A DNA stretch of 64,000 bases, taken from Phoronis australis (Eukaryota > Animalia > Phoronida). This document shows, in pieces, positions 1 through 13,600 of this stretch. Below the pieces are notes generated by a model, which saw only the letters and a program-made list of their open reading frames with translations, had not been told where the DNA came from and searched no databases. The stretch covers positions 124,001 to 188,000 of the forward strand of contig NMRA01000588.1 of the NCBI GenBank assembly GCA_002633005.1. Direction: 5' to 3'. Within the stretch, counting starts at the first letter, position 1. Every line of letters begins with the position of its first letter. Position numbers and translations under genes: made by a program.

Positions 1-295
1 AAAAAGAATCAAAATGAGAATCAAAAGCAACCTAGCAAATTAATGTAACAACGCCTTTTCGCTCATACTGTTTTCAAGGACAACATAACAGGCATTCAGT
101 AATCGTTCCTGAAGTGATGCACAGGAACTCGGGTCACGGAAATAGACGGAAATAGTCGATGATTTTCCGATCTCGGACGAGGTACAGAATTGTATTAAAA
201 AAGGCTTTTAGTTTGATGACAGAAAGGATGTGAATATTATGTCATGTTACATATTACTTTATTTGGTATATATTTTAAAGTTTTTGAAGTAGATT

Positions 296-614
296 CATAG
301 GCGGATTTAGGGGGCAGGGGGCCCGCCCCCCCCCTTGGCTGCCGCAAGCCGTAGTCGGACAGTAAGAGCGTAAAGCGTGACGAAATGTAACCAGGATCGG
401 TAGCGGAGGGGGGGGGGCTTAGAGCCTGGACCACAGCGCTCCCGTTTTTCTTTTTTTTTTAGTCGAACAGGAGATTTTCTGAACAGGAGGTCAGAAAACC
501 GGCCCCTAGAACTTTTGGGCGTCTGCTGCAAATACAATCACGCTTTGCCCAATTCCCCGAGACAACATCTTCGGATGTTGGGCCCCCCCTTATGATATCC
601 TAGATCCGCCACTG
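296..614. mobile_element. GC-rich MITE (CA..GGCGGAT...ATCCGCCACTG family) with 5-bp TSD
   Basis: Termini CATAGGCGGATTTAG and TAGATCCGCCACTG are imperfect inverted repeats; AGATT flanks both sides (291-295, 615-619); related ends at 19192-19351 and ~29244. Confidence 0.75.
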
Positions 615-1954
615 AGATTGCCCTTTGAGATAAGGACTTTCATACCATATATGGAACCATGAAATACCTCTGTGTCTTTGGCCGGCATTGTTCTGTTTTA
701 AAATGAATTATTTTTACCCTAACCCATGTTTATATCAACATGAAACAAGGTATCAAAGTATGTCTCAGTAGATACAATCTGCAATGCCGTAGGAGTGTTG
801 GTGAGTGCAAGTGCTTTAAGAAATCAACAATTAATGATTCATACTGCGTTACCTGCTTCAGATGCAATAAAACTGATTGAACGCCGTGTGAGTGAACGCA
901 TGCTAATTCAGTGTTTGCTGACAGAAAGCTGTTGTGAAACTGTAATTCGATTTTATATGCTATGGTCAGATGTTAGAGGAATTTTATTTAGATATTTATA
1001 CATTATTCAAATCATTGTTATTGTGCGGGGTTCGTTATTGTAGGCCTCAGGTAATCACCATTTCAATCTATTTTATGTTATTTATTCATCAAATTGTACA
1101 TATTAACTAATTTTATACTAATTTATTTTATTTATCATCTCTTCAATCTAATGATACATAGCTGTCTGTATTTACTTCATGTAATTATTTCCAACTGGGC
1201 CCACTTGAAAATCAGTGTATTCACTGAAGTGGTCACCCAGTCTTTTAAAGAAGTTTAAATTAATAAATAAATAAATATTGGACACCTTTTCCCTGTACGC
1301 TTCTGTGGAAGGGGATCTTGGCTTCGCAGCCTTTGACGAGTAAGCAGATTTGTAATTTCGTGGTGAATTCACCAAAATATTCACGTGCACAATATTTCTT
1401 TGGTTCACTAGTCTAGTCTTTTCGTGACTGGGAGTTTAGTTTTCAACCTTTGCAGCCGACTAATCCTGTTGGTTTATGTTCGTAATGTCTCCAGTCCGGC
1501 TGAGACTGGTTTGATCAGGTTCCGAGCCACTGGGTTATGACGAGTGTTTTGTGTTTATAACAGAAAAAAATTACAACACAGGGCTATGCTCTCCTGTTTC
1601 TACTTCATAGAAGAAGAATTCTAATTTATCAATGAACAGACTCCAAACGTCCCGTGACAGACCTCGGTAAGTTAGCCTATCGTACTTTGTACGCTACTGT
1701 ACGTTAAAAATGTCTATGAATTCGTAATAGCAAATAAAAACTCAATGTATTTGTAAGAGTTTTACATCGAATTTTGACGATTTATTGGTTCAAAATGACG
1801 AATTGAAGCGATAAGCTGAAACCTACAAGCATCTTGTGAACTGCTGAGCATACTGTGACAGAACCTGTGACGTCATTGGCTAATTTCAGCACCTCCGTCT
1901 GCCGTCCTGTGTCAGGTAAAAGGTCTGAACTTGCTGTTATCGAGTGGAACTACT

Positions 1955-1999
1955 CTACCTAAATTGATACAAAATAAGTTGTTTTGGTGACATTCTCCT
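1955..1999. mobile_element. Kolobok-like transposon terminus (partial)
   Basis: CTAAATTGATACAAAATAAGTTGTTTTGGTGACATTCTCCT followed by TTAA is near-identical to the end at ~5830-5870. Confidence 0.5.
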
Positions 2000-2345
2000 T
2001 TAACTTGTCTTAGATGAGAAGTGATTTCTGGGCTTTGAAGGGACGCTATTCCTTTAGACTATGCTCGGCGGGTAAAGTGATCCGCTATAACAAACCATGC
2101 TATTACACCTGATCTCAAGTAATAACCAATGGGTAGAGTTGTTTAGCTGAGAACCTCTCTCAATTAAGTAGGAAACTCGTTGAAAACCATATTAGAATGC
2201 TTGGAGTAATTTCTTTTAATATTTCACAAATCCTAAAATCTTAATTGTGAAGGCCTATCATTCAAGGCACCTGTCGGACTTCCTAGCTCCCATGCGGCTT
2301 AAGCCGACCCGCTTACAAAATTCTTTTCTCTTGAACGCCATTACT

Positions 2346-2809
2346 CAACCTCGTCCCCAAGCCTCAAGATGAGGCTTGATTATGGGAAATTAAATGTGTC
2401 AGAATTATGACACATTTTTACGGAAGTGGACGGAATATCAGGAGTAATATAACTTTGATCTTTTCTTAACTATACTATAAAAAAGAAAACTTACGGAAAA
2501 TGGCAATTTAGGTCTAAGTTATTGCAAAAAGAATGTTTTTTATTCGAAAACAGATTAATTTCTATGACACTATCAATAAAAAAAGAATTGAAAATAAGTA
2601 TGCCAACAACCTTTATTTCAAACAATAACCAAAGCAATCCATCTGCTTTAAAAATGGCAGCAACAACGCCTGTGAAAATAATTTAAAATCTCCCTTTGTT
2701 TTAATGACGTCAAGGCAGCGACCGATCATTGCGCAAAAAGTAATTCTCCTAACCAAGCCTCGAATAGCTAATCAGATTGGCGCCATCATGAGGCTTGGGG
2801 ACGAGGCTG
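2346..2809. mobile_element. Non-autonomous DNA transposon with ~21-bp TIRs
   Basis: CAACCTCGTCCCCAAGCCTCA at 2346 and TGAGGCTTGGGGACGAGGCTG ending 2809 are inverted repeats (1 mismatch); no clean TSD; no ORF. Confidence 0.7.
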
Positions 2810-3355
2810 CTTGCGCTCTTGTTGATGGTTGATTTTTCGCGTCTCAAGAGAATGTTTTAATCGCGATCGGACCAAGCTTGCTTCTGCACATTGATCACTG
2901 TCCGTGATGACACATTCAAGGGCAAACATGTCGATCGAGGCGTTCAACTATTTTCGTGTTAACCTCTCGGTTCCTACTTCACTTTATTCTTTAAATAACT
3001 GAATATCGTAAAATTAATAAAAATTATCTTTCTCTCGCAACAAACTGTAAATGTAAATCCTATCCAATCCATGTGAAATTTATTTCAAAGATTATCGACA
3101 CTTTCTCGATACTCATGTTCACGGGATCACGGCACGTGAGGACAACCGACATGTTGCTGAGCGTAAAGTGAGCTCACTCCGGAAACCTTGTCAATATATG
3201 AGCGCTTTGTTTATTTTTCCATTTTTATAGTTACTTTATAAGCAGTTGTAAAGTGATTCATTTTAAAACAAATAATCCAAAATTGGCGGGAATGTCAAGA
3301 TGAAGTTAATCATGAATAAATATTTTATACCAGGTAATGCGAGGTGATACCAAAG

Positions 3356-3406
3356 ACTGAATATCATGACTTAATATACTACTCACGTGACTGAATATCA
3401 TGACTT
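3356..3406. repeat. Short direct duplication (GACTGAATATCATGACTTA x2)
   Basis: 19-mer repeated about 34 bp apart. Confidence 0.7.
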
Positions 3407-4855
3407 ACAACAGGTCAAAAACACCAGTTTACGGTTTCTATCGCGAGTTTCGTAAGACCACGCAAGACTCCGCAAGATATCACCAAGTTATTACTAGCAA
3501 TCAAGTGATTACACTAGCTTCTTCGCTAGATTCTTGGCGCGTCATCGGAGATTTAGCCCTGGTTTGCAACCGACTCATTTTGAAACCTGTGCATTTCTGT
3601 TTAAAATGAAACATCCCAACCCATTTGAGACAGAACAATGTGTCTTTTCTTTTTCGAGAATACGGACAATCAAGAATGCATACCGCATAAATGAACAAAC
3701 GGACAATAACTGCTGTATGCTATTTTCTTGTAAGCAGTTGTCATTGATAAGTGGGTGTTGAGAGAACGAGACATGGATGACTCGAATATGACTCTGAAAT
3801 GTGTCAAGGAATTTGTTGTTGCTGCCGATGTCTCGCTAGTTCAAGACATTCATCACAGCATCATCTAACAATGACCTGGTGTTGTAGAAAAGTACTCCGT
3901 CCAGCAATGCCATAATGATACATTCTTCAACAATCTAAGTCTAAGACGATCAAGTTTGTGCAAACTGAAGGTCATTCTCTCAAAACACAATGTGTGAACT
4001 GGAACCAATCGTGGTTTCAGTGTGACTCGCTGCCAACTTTATGTCACTTTTCATGAAGAGCCTCCGAGTTCAAATGTCGAGAGCACCACGCATAGTTCCA
4101 CAAAACAAAGGGCGTCTTGAAAATTGTTTGTGTTTGTATTGGCCAAGTCTATATTTTAGGTGTCAGTTATTACAGACGCAGCCAAACCTGCACAGGAATC
4201 TGTTCTCGTAATGGTTTAACGTATTGTTTATCGGCATTTTATAGCATTTGCATTATCTAAACATGAAAATTTAATTACTACTGTTTAAACATTTTACGCC
4301 AGCAGAGAAACGCCATAAGTTTTAAAACGATTTCCACGGGTTTAAACTGTTGCTAATTAGTGTATTTGCCATAAATATGTACATGCACACATTCAAATAC
4401 AGTGTGTCCCGAAAATTTTCTCATGATTCAATACGACGACAGTAGTTCAAAAATTCGGTTCATGTGGATCAGACTCTGTGCTTGGACCTACCTTGCTGTG
4501 AAAGAAGGCGCGGGAGACATCACGTGCTCTGTATGCACGGGAATGACAAATAAATGACAGGAGAATAAAATTTAATGCACAGTGCTATACTGAAAACTAA
4601 AAATGTCAATCAACCACAAAAGCATTTTAAAAGAGATTCCAAGTTCATAATGCATTTGGTTTAGTTTAAAGACTTTGAAATTCCCTTTTGACCACTTTTC
4701 ATGAATTTGAACCATTAATCTTTTTCCTAAGTCAATTGTAAGTGTGAGACAGTACATTTTGGGAAACCGTGTACATGTTAAGCTAATGATTGAACTCGCA
4801 TTTTCTCAGCAGGAGAAATTCACTTCAATTGTTCAAATAATCGTCTCAGTGAAAT

Positions 4856-4856
<1 letters not shown>

Positions 4857-4928
<72 letters not shown>

Positions 4929-4932
4929 CACA
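4857..4932. repeat. (CA)n microsatellite
   Basis: ~38 CA units with one CG interruption. Confidence 0.97.
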
Positions 4933-5175
4933 AACATTATATTTTGCACACAAGAACAAATTCGCTGTGGATATTACATGACCTCATCAGTAACTAACCC
5001 GCGTTACGTCAGCATACAACAAAGGGCCATCGTGGCTACAAGGTTAATTTGCTCACAATGATTGATTAGATTAACCCAAGTTAAATATTAGGTCTTCCTC
5101 CGCTCGAAAATGTATTTCAAGTTTGCGTTGAAGCACCCCCCCCCCCTTGCAATTCATTGTGCCCACTTGTTTTAA

Positions 5176-5866
5176 AGGTACTCCATCGCTGGTTGACGTC
5201 TTTTTGACAAATCGTGCAGTTAGTTTTTCTAAGACTGAATCCCTTGGCAATGGTTTCAGCGACTTCTATCAGTGTATCTATGCTGTGAAAACTGATATAT
5301 TGATAAATTGCCTATGAATCACGTATACAGAAGCTACACACAATTTTGCTATCAGGCCTCTAAATCAGATCTCATTTCATATTTTGACGATACCAGTAAT
5401 GCTTATTGGTCACGTAACGAGCTTTTGACCAACGTTTCTGATGACCATGACTTAGCTAAAACAAAGAAGTTTCCAGTAAACAATGTGCATCATTCACGAA
5501 CTGTCAGCGACATACAGGATAAGGCAATTCGTAAACAACACAACTGGGCAGCAGATATTGGAAGTGACCCACTTCAGAAAACTGGAAAAGTCGTCGCAAA
5601 CAGCAAAACCTTTGCACTTAGCTTGGGCGATGGGCCATAAATAATTTTTTTTGCCACTAACAAATGTGATGACGGCCCAAAAAACGGGTCTTTTTGGAAA
5701 ACTATAAAACCAATTACACCGTCTAAGTCAAACTAGGAAAGCTTAATTCTTTGTGAATCAAGCACTCAATTTAACCAGAAAACTATCTATGATACTTATA
5801 ATCACTGCGTGGCCAGTGATATCATCGAACTAAATTAATACAAAATAGTTTTGGTGGCATTCTCCT
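5176..5866. mobile_element. Kolobok-like non-autonomous element
   Basis: TTAA|AGG...CCT|TTAA boundaries with weak TIRs; right end shared with the copy ending at 1999. Confidence 0.45.
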
Positions 5867-8580
5867 TTAAGCTAGGAAACGCTTCAGGGTAACATGAGAT
5901 AACCTCCTAAATTTTTAAAACTAGTGTTGCCATGAAGACAAATGTAATAAATGCCTTTATCGTGAGATCGATCAATAGACGTTTTTAAGTCGAGTTGCTT
6001 ACTTGGTAGCCAACACAGGCAGGGTTTAATTTCTGTCATTCCTCAAGGAAAGCACCCAGAGAGTATCTCGGCGCTCGGGCTGTCTCGCTCAACGTTATTA
6101 GTAACTTCATGAATAAAAGAAAGCCCTTTTTGACTCTCTTGGAACGCTTGCGTTTGCGATAATGAATGTGATGTGCTAGTTCAAAACTCATTTTTCATAC
6201 CAATTGTTTTTTTTGTGTTGATAGAGGGACACTACATGTTTTCATAGTTGGTTGGACAACAAAATGTACACCTTGAGCCATCCAGGGATGTTCATTCTAT
6301 TAAAGTTGGATTACCTTTTTGATTTCCTAGATCTTCGGAGACTTCTCGTCTCCTTCGCTAGGATGTTGACTGTGATGAATCGCGGGAACTCTTGTCACGG
6401 GGGATATCGAAACTGCCTCTATACTCTCGTTCCAGGATGAAGATAATTTAAATCTGGCGCCACATAAAGAACGCCCTTGTTTCCAACAGCGACTTTCAGA
6501 AAAACACGCTAGTTCGGGTGAACTCTTTCGGGAATTTTCGAAATTAGAACAGGTTTTGGTTTATATTAAAATAGAACCTGAATAACTTAAGGACAAAAGG
6601 ATGAGTTGACATAGTTTGAAAGAGGAATGGTCAGTTTAACTTAGACAACTTCACTAAAACGTTTTACGCCCATTTTAGAAATGATTTTCGCCTTGTGGCG
6701 GAGTACGGTTTTTCTATACTGCAGTGTACATTAATATTTGCATTTACGTATCGTATTAACGAAACCTTATTATCTTGAATCTGATATACTTTTTCACGCC
6801 ACTAAGTCTGCAAACGATAGTTAAAATCTACTGTAACAACCGGATGTGAAAATACAGTGTACTTGTCCATAGGCCGCTCTTATCATCCTACCCAAACACA
6901 TCGCTTTACAGGCGTGTTGCTGGAGAATCTCGTTCGAACACTAAATCTTCGCGCATATCAATATGGCGGAGATCAACAGACACGTCCATTGGCACAAGCG
7001 CAGTGAGACCGGCGTTCAGTTCACAGGCAGACGTGGCGAAAGTGGACGTGTAGGCTTCATTTTCTGGGCCCACCTTGTCTCTTTCTTCAACGACAATAGG
7101 TCTTAGTGGGTTCAATCCACGTCACCCGATTATGGTTTAGAATGTGTTTAGCTGTTTCGACATGGTGTGCAGTGTTTTGAGGTAACTAACGAAGTTCGGA
7201 ATGCCAAGTCCATCAAAATGAATAGCTATTTTAACCTAAAATAGAATAGCAGAAATCTTCTCACCATGTGTCGGTGATCATACTATTTTTATGTTTCGGG
7301 GGAAAATGTTCTTGTTTATCACCTCACTGAGCTGTTCTACACGCGCACACAGTGGGTTGTGCGACTGACTTAACTGAAAAATTTAATCATATTCAACTTG
7401 ATATTTCATTATTAAAAACTCAACTGAACCACGTCTGCTTGTTTTAACACTGACAACACATATATGTAGACGAGCGTTTTAGTTGACTGCCGCTCAGAAA
7501 CTAACTCCCCGCCATTCTGTGATAAAGCGAGAACTTCTACTGACGGTGTCGTCATCTTGTTACTTGCGAACGCCCCTTTGCAAAGCGAATAGCTACTTCA
7601 AATACATAAAGACCAGTGGAAAACACTCAAAATTTATCCGTGATCGCATTGTTTGTGTGTAACAAGAGATTATGTGGTCTTCCCCGTTCGCTCTTAGTTC
7701 TGACATTTGTGTAGGCCGACAGCTTGAACGAAGTAAACAAATGGACTGGAGGGAATCAAGTCACGTTCAAATTGCTAAGGGATTTTTTTTACCAAAATAT
7801 GCTTCTTATTATGTTATTTTCGAGAGCCGACAATTGTGTGCGAGCATTTTGCATGATTACCGCAATAAGTGAGAGCTGCCAGGATATCAACACAAGGGAC
7901 AGAAGTAAAAGAGAATTATTGTGGTGCAGTGACCAATCTCGGCCATTGTTGTTGGGACTGTCTGTCTCATGCACACTATTTAAAGTTACCCAACGTAATT
8001 TCTATGACCAATCACGAGGCAGAATGGATCGGTCTCTGAAGTTCACTTTCTAATGATGGGTTTGGATGACAGTTTGGCCGTACATTCAGTTTAATTAGCT
8101 GGTTACACTTACGCAAGTCGTAAAACGTGGAATATTCACATTGGAATCCGTTTTACTGGACATAGCGCAAGTTTTTTTTGAAGTGTGTCCCAGTATGCTG
8201 TTCATATTTTTAAGTTTTGCACAACTTAAGACACGAACTGGAACAGGATCAAGTGCACAGCTGATGCGCAGTTTTTTGGAGAGATTGTAGATTGAACAAT
8301 ATGTCTCTGTAAACTTTCAAGCGATTAGGCCAACAAAACGTTCATAGTTGCTTTATAAGATTCTGCCTTCGTACGCGAGTGTACTAATCTATCAAAACAC
8401 TCCAGTTTGTTATTGACATTTTAAGAGTACAAGTGCCGGCTAAAAATGTTTGTGTTTTTTTACAAACACTGATCTGTTGAAATCTGGTACATGACAATGC
8501 GTCTTCCATGTTCAAAATCACGACACCGTGGAGCCACGTGACATGACAATTCCACATGCCGCGGGTTAGTTAAGTTGCAT

Positions 8581-8681
8581 TACGGCGTTTTCCCGTTGCT
8601 CCCAACTTGTTCGATTCTATAGCCCAACAACAAGTTGTAGCCAATATCTTACACGACTGATTATTCCTCCATTCTGGCATT
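8581..8681. repeat. Dispersed repeat (probable DNA transposon end), copy 1
   Basis: GGCGTTTTCCCGTTGCT...TAGCCCAACAACAA...TGTAGCCAATATCTTACACGACTGATTA...GGCATTC recurs at ~23068-23186. Confidence 0.8.
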
Positions 8682-9773
8682 CCCCACTTTTAGACTATTT
8701 ACAAAGGCCAGCAGTACACTCTCCCTCTCAACCCCCACCCCCCGGCAAGGCAGCAATGGAGTAATCTCCGTGCCAAAGAGGAAATGATCAGAAACTACAG
8801 TCAATGCAAACTTATTCCCAATTCCTCATTTCCGTAATAGTTATCTACAGAGATTATCACTAAATCATAGCGTCAGTTAAAATGGCTACCTTTGTCAAGA
8901 TGACTGACATTGTTTGCGAAATTCGTGTTTTCACGATCTTAAAGGGATACTAATCCTGTTTAGTTGTTTTTTTTTTCAATTCTCGTTCTGTCACCTGCTA
9001 ATACAGGATTCATCTAGAAACAGTGACACAGAATGGATATTAGTTTTAGTGGTGGTCTTTCCCGAACAGCCATCCTGCAACTCCCCTAAAGCGTAGGCGA
9101 CGCTTGTCCGTTAAGCAGGATTTGTAAGGAGTTTACAGACTTCGCTCCAAACTTTTGAGGCTGTCGCCGAGAGTCACAGAGAATTGGATGAGAAAGTCGT
9201 TTTTAATGTCTGTTAATAGGCCAAAGCCGGGCTTGGTATCCCTTTTTAAAATACAGGACATCATGGACATGTCGGCTACATGTATACATTATGCGATACG
9301 TCATACAACATAGTTGCTGAAATTTGAAAACGTTAAATACACATTTTACTATCAAAGAACTTCTAGTCATCTCATTAAGTCTGAAACTTGATCGCCGTAA
9401 CTTTGAACAAAATCGCCCCAGGTTTATACAATAGAGGTCGCTTCATTCCTGTATGTCCTTTCCGGCGACACACACACACACATAAAATTTTGAAGGAAGC
9501 AAATAAACTCGAAGCCTGTCAAAATCGATGACTCTTAGAGACAATTCTTACTTGTGGCGACCTTGAATGAAACATTTCGTGTTGGTAATCATTTTCTGTC
9601 AAAGAAAAATGTGACTATCGGTAACCTGTTTTATAATATGGTTTTAGGTGGCGAGTGCGAAGAAAATGTTTCTTTACGAAAAGGGGATGAAAGTGAAGTA
9701 GGGTCTTGGAACGTTTGGCTACGGCAACTCAAAGCAATACGTCATCGTGTTATGGTTAATCCAATGTATAAAA

Positions 9774-9779
9774 TTTATT
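9774..9779 (-). terminator. Candidate poly(A) signal of the Ig-domain membrane protein gene
   Basis: AATAAA on the minus strand ~190 nt after the stop codon. Confidence 0.5.
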
Positions 9780-9970
9780 AAGCTACACTCATTTATAAGG
9801 TACGTGCTGTAAGAAACCAAAAGATCAGTGCTGCAGGCTTACAATGAAAATGACAACACAATCTGTTAGTGTCCGCAATGACGATGCACAATTTGGTTTC
9901 AGTTTTCAAAGTTGGGACAAAGGTCTCAATTTGTCATAAATGCATGTTCTGTAACCACAGTGTCGTTTTT

Positions 9971-10609
9971 CTACATTCTCGTGTCACTGTTGTCGTCGGA
10001 ACCAGCAGCACCGTTAGATGCCGCCACTTTCTCGTCTTTCGTCACATCAACAGGGTTGTCATATACATGGTTATTATCCGACTTCCCTCTGTAGCTGTTC
10101 TGCACGTTAAAGCCAGTATCACTGAACTTTGAACGTCCTGGCTCCTTGTATCGGAATTTGTAGATAAGACAAGCTATGATGAAAAATCCCAAACACGAAC
10201 CAGCGGCAATACCGCCTATCATCACGTTTGTTTCGTATTTCTTCCACAGATCGTCTACAGACGGTCCCGCCAAATTAAGACCACGCTTTACGCTATAAAT
10301 GTTCCCATTCATGTGAATGAGGCAGGTATAAATCCCAGAATTCGACGGCTTCACTTTCTTTACCTGCATCAGTTCCCCGTGGGCTCCTGTGACTTCTCGC
10401 GTTTCGTCAGCCCAACCCTTTGACACGCCCTCTCCATTTTTATCAGGAATGATCCAGGTAATATTGTTCGCCAATTTGTAATCCCACTGCGAGTTATTGC
10501 AGCTTAGCTCAATTGAGCTTTCATAGTTGGTCGTCCACGCCCATTTGTCGACCTCGCCCAATGCTATCCCGACGAACAGGAGAGCCCCAGCTGCTGCTAA
10601 ATACTTCAT
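9971..10609 (-). CDS. Type I membrane protein with a single Ig-like domain (212 aa; MFAP3/basigin-like architecture), single coding exon
   Basis: ATG at 10609 lies just after a splice acceptor (tttcag|G at 10633). Signal peptide MKYLAAAGALLFVGIALG; Ig hallmarks ELSC...ITW...SGIYTC; TM VMIGGIAAGSCLGFFIIACLIY followed by basic KFRYK; tail with YDNP and C-terminal DTRM. Confidence 0.88.
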   Translation of the reverse strand: MKYLAAAGALLFVGIALGEVDKWAWTTNYESSIELSCNNSQWDYKLANNITWIIPDKNGEGVSKGWADETREVTGAHGELMQVKKVKPSNSGIYTCLIHMNGNIYSVKRGLNLAGPSVDDLWKKYETNVMIGGIAAGSCLGFFIIACLIYKFRYKEPGRSKFSDTGFNVQNSYRGKSDNNHVYDNPVDVTKDEKVAASNGAAGSDDNSDTRM

Positions 10610-13600
10610 GTCGCACAAATGGCCAGGATCTACCTGAAACGTAAATTTATACAAATGAATAAAAAACAACGACAATTGATTTGCTTCACAGGTCGACAAA
10701 ACTTAGTGACATTATTCGGGTGTGTCTGATTCATTCGATAATTATAATTAACCTTATTAATCGTTAACACAAAAAGAGTAGACCGCTGAATAATATGCAG
10801 CTGACGCTTTAATATGTATTTGTTCTCTCCGTCTGTTCTGAACCTTAAAATATTCACTTAATGGAGTTGAATAGTTGAATTAAAACATTTCTGTACATAG
10901 ATTAGATATCAAGAGTGACATGTCTTAAAAAAAGTGTCACGCGATCACCTCGGCGAATACCTTTAGTCCGTGGCCGTTCAGTAAAACTACAACGTAATGG
11001 AGTTAGGGTTGAATTTAAGAAAATTACATCAATAGTTTCTCACGGAAGTATGAAGTTCCTAGGCAACCATCATTCCACAAATGTCCATGAATACAACTGT
11101 TCTCGTTACCAAGTCGCCTTTTCCAATTTCAAAAGCTTAGGAATTCAATAAAAGAGGTGCGTAATCATGCATGTAAACTTGCAGTTGCTGCGTTTAAACC
11201 CTTTGTCCTCTCAAAGGAGTACTTGTTGCAGACTTTTTAAGTGTTCTAAATCGAACTTCTTGAGGTTTTCACAGTTTTTACAATGCATTTAACGAATACA
11301 CATAGTCATTGTGTAACTAACTGAACTGAACTACGCACGCGTTTGTGGCCACACTACAAGAGAGCAATTCCGTGAAAAGTCAACCTAGAGACAGAAAATA
11401 AAAATTGCGACAAGATTAACATTTCTGGTCTCATCTGAAAGTCCAGTCTCTCTAATTCAGGACCCATATTTGAATTCCTATAACTTTGATTTTTTTCCTA
11501 AATGGACCCATTTTTGGAGGTCACTTGACCCTAAAAACCCGATTTTTATGCGTGTTGCTAATTATTGTCATAAATAAGCTAATCATGGGTATTTCACTAT
11601 ATTATCAAATTTGTGCAACCACATCAAGCCTAAACTATCTAAAATTATCATGTGACCCGTAACACATCGTCGACCTCTTGGGGTCAAAGGCCAACTCTTG
11701 GATAGTGGTGCCGTTCGGTTTACGTCCGTCACAAAAAGTGCTAAAAAGTTTATGTCAAAAGTTTTCAATCAAAATTAAAGTATTTTTAGATTCTTTTTTA
11801 ACTTGTTTCTCCAAACTACTGACAAAAATTTTACAGCCGAGGGATTATTTGTTAATTAAGAAAATGCGTGACAGACGTACCTGTACGACAAGTTTGTACG
11901 TCCGTCACGTACGGTACGTCAGTCACACCCATGAAATTACAAATTTTTCAGCCAATAAAAATAAACTTAGGTCCTATTTTCACTTTCTTATAGACGAAAT
12001 TTTTCTCGCACCTAAGAACCCAAAACAATTAAATATTACAAAGACAGCTATAAAATCAAGAAGTTGCTACGGATTTAAACTAGATGCATGGAACTTTTTA
12101 TATTTCAAAAGTATTTGCTGAAAAGTTGTACTTTGCAGTGTTATCTAGTTATTCTTGATAGAATTCAACTTGTTAAAATTCGACAGCTGAACCACATAAA
12201 ATTTGAATAAAACAAAATGTTAATTCAATGATTTATTGATTGTTTTTGTCACTGATCTGTGTTGGTAAATCACAAGAGCAAAAGTAATCATATATAAGAC
12301 CTCTTAAGGTGCTCTGGAGTTTAAATAACAAGAGACCTAAAGGAATAAATGGCATGTTGCTGTTCTCATGGAATCAACATGTTCTTTCATCTCTGACCCG
12401 CTATACTACCAGTATGTCTTGTGTTGAAGAAGCCGATGTTGGAAATGTTTAAATGATAGCAACTTATGACCTACTTTATGAAGCATTTTTGTCACAATTT
12501 CAATGACAATAGTCACTCTTGTGTTTTTCAGTGTCATGGGTGGCTTGTATGAAATGATTTCATAGCAAGTGATTACAACGTCTCATTTTACGTATTTTTG
12601 GCAAAACAAGAACCTTGATCTCACAATCTTCAAATATTTTTTTCTACTGATCTTCCAGAAGATTGAACCTGCGTTAAGAAACCAAAGGGAATTGTTGGAG
12701 ACCAGGGTAAGAACAGATGTGACAGATGAAAAGATAGGAGAAAAATTGATACGTGGGGGAAACTATCATAGAGACCTATCAATTGATCTATCAATTATTT
12801 TCCTTGGAGGAAAAATGTTTCACAATTGATCGCAATCTCTGAATGTACGTCTGTCACGAATGGGATTGCCCAAGAGTAATTTCCAGGGAAAGTAAACTCC
12901 AGCCAGGAGCCGTAGAATTCCTGGAAAGGAACAGAGCCCTTGACATCATCGCCTTACCACGGAATGTTCAAACATGGAACCCTTACCACGGAATCTGACC
13001 TACAACCACACCTAGCTCACGAAGACTGATTTGGTATCAGTGATCGTTGTATATTTCTATAGAGGTTAAAAACATACATAAATATTGTCTCTTGGGAAAC
13101 TCGACACAATTTTAATTTATCGCTGAATTACTAGCTCTTGGTACGTTGACCTATGCCTTCTACACATCTCTAAAGATGTGAGAGCCACAGAATTAATTTT
13201 CCTTTGCAGCCGCCTAAACATAGGCACATCCAGCAAAGAAATGTGAAATTTAATTGGTCGTTACCAAAAAAGTCACTCCAGGTCAATTAATGATAGAAAT
13301 CCTATGAAAACACAATGCCTTTGTTGCACAACGTCAGTTTTAAGTTTTAATGGCTTCAAATGTATTTCCTGGTTTACTGATTATCTTACGCTATTTTCTA
13401 TGAAATGAGAAAAAAGTCAGAGGCCTATCTACTTGTTTCTTGCGAAAATTTACCTCAAAACAGTTTTGCAAGAGAAAGCGCGCCATTTTCAAAGTCAAGA
13501 TGGCCCCACTGCATTTCATTAGATGGTAATTATGTTATATTGTTAGGATTGTGGAAAAGTGTTATTAAGGAATTTTTTCTTCTTTATTAAAACTAAATTT

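Noticed and set aside
1172-1540. GC-richer stretch with the 78-aa minus ORF
   Set aside because: Stops in all frames across the stretch, no recognisable domain and no consistent splice pair
1885-1905. TTCAGCACC resembling a REST/NRSE site
   Set aside because: Only the left half-site matches; GGACAG is absent
4744-5061. 105-aa ORF with a THTHTH tract
   Set aside because: Artefact of the (CA)n microsatellite
6312-6445. Exon-like minus-strand segment ending AAAG|GTAATC
   Set aside because: Stops in all three frames and no partner exon; could be a UTR exon but unsupported
10610-10699. N-terminal 30 aa of the 242-aa ORF
   Set aside because: Spans a splice acceptor at 10633; the signal peptide starts at the Met at 10609
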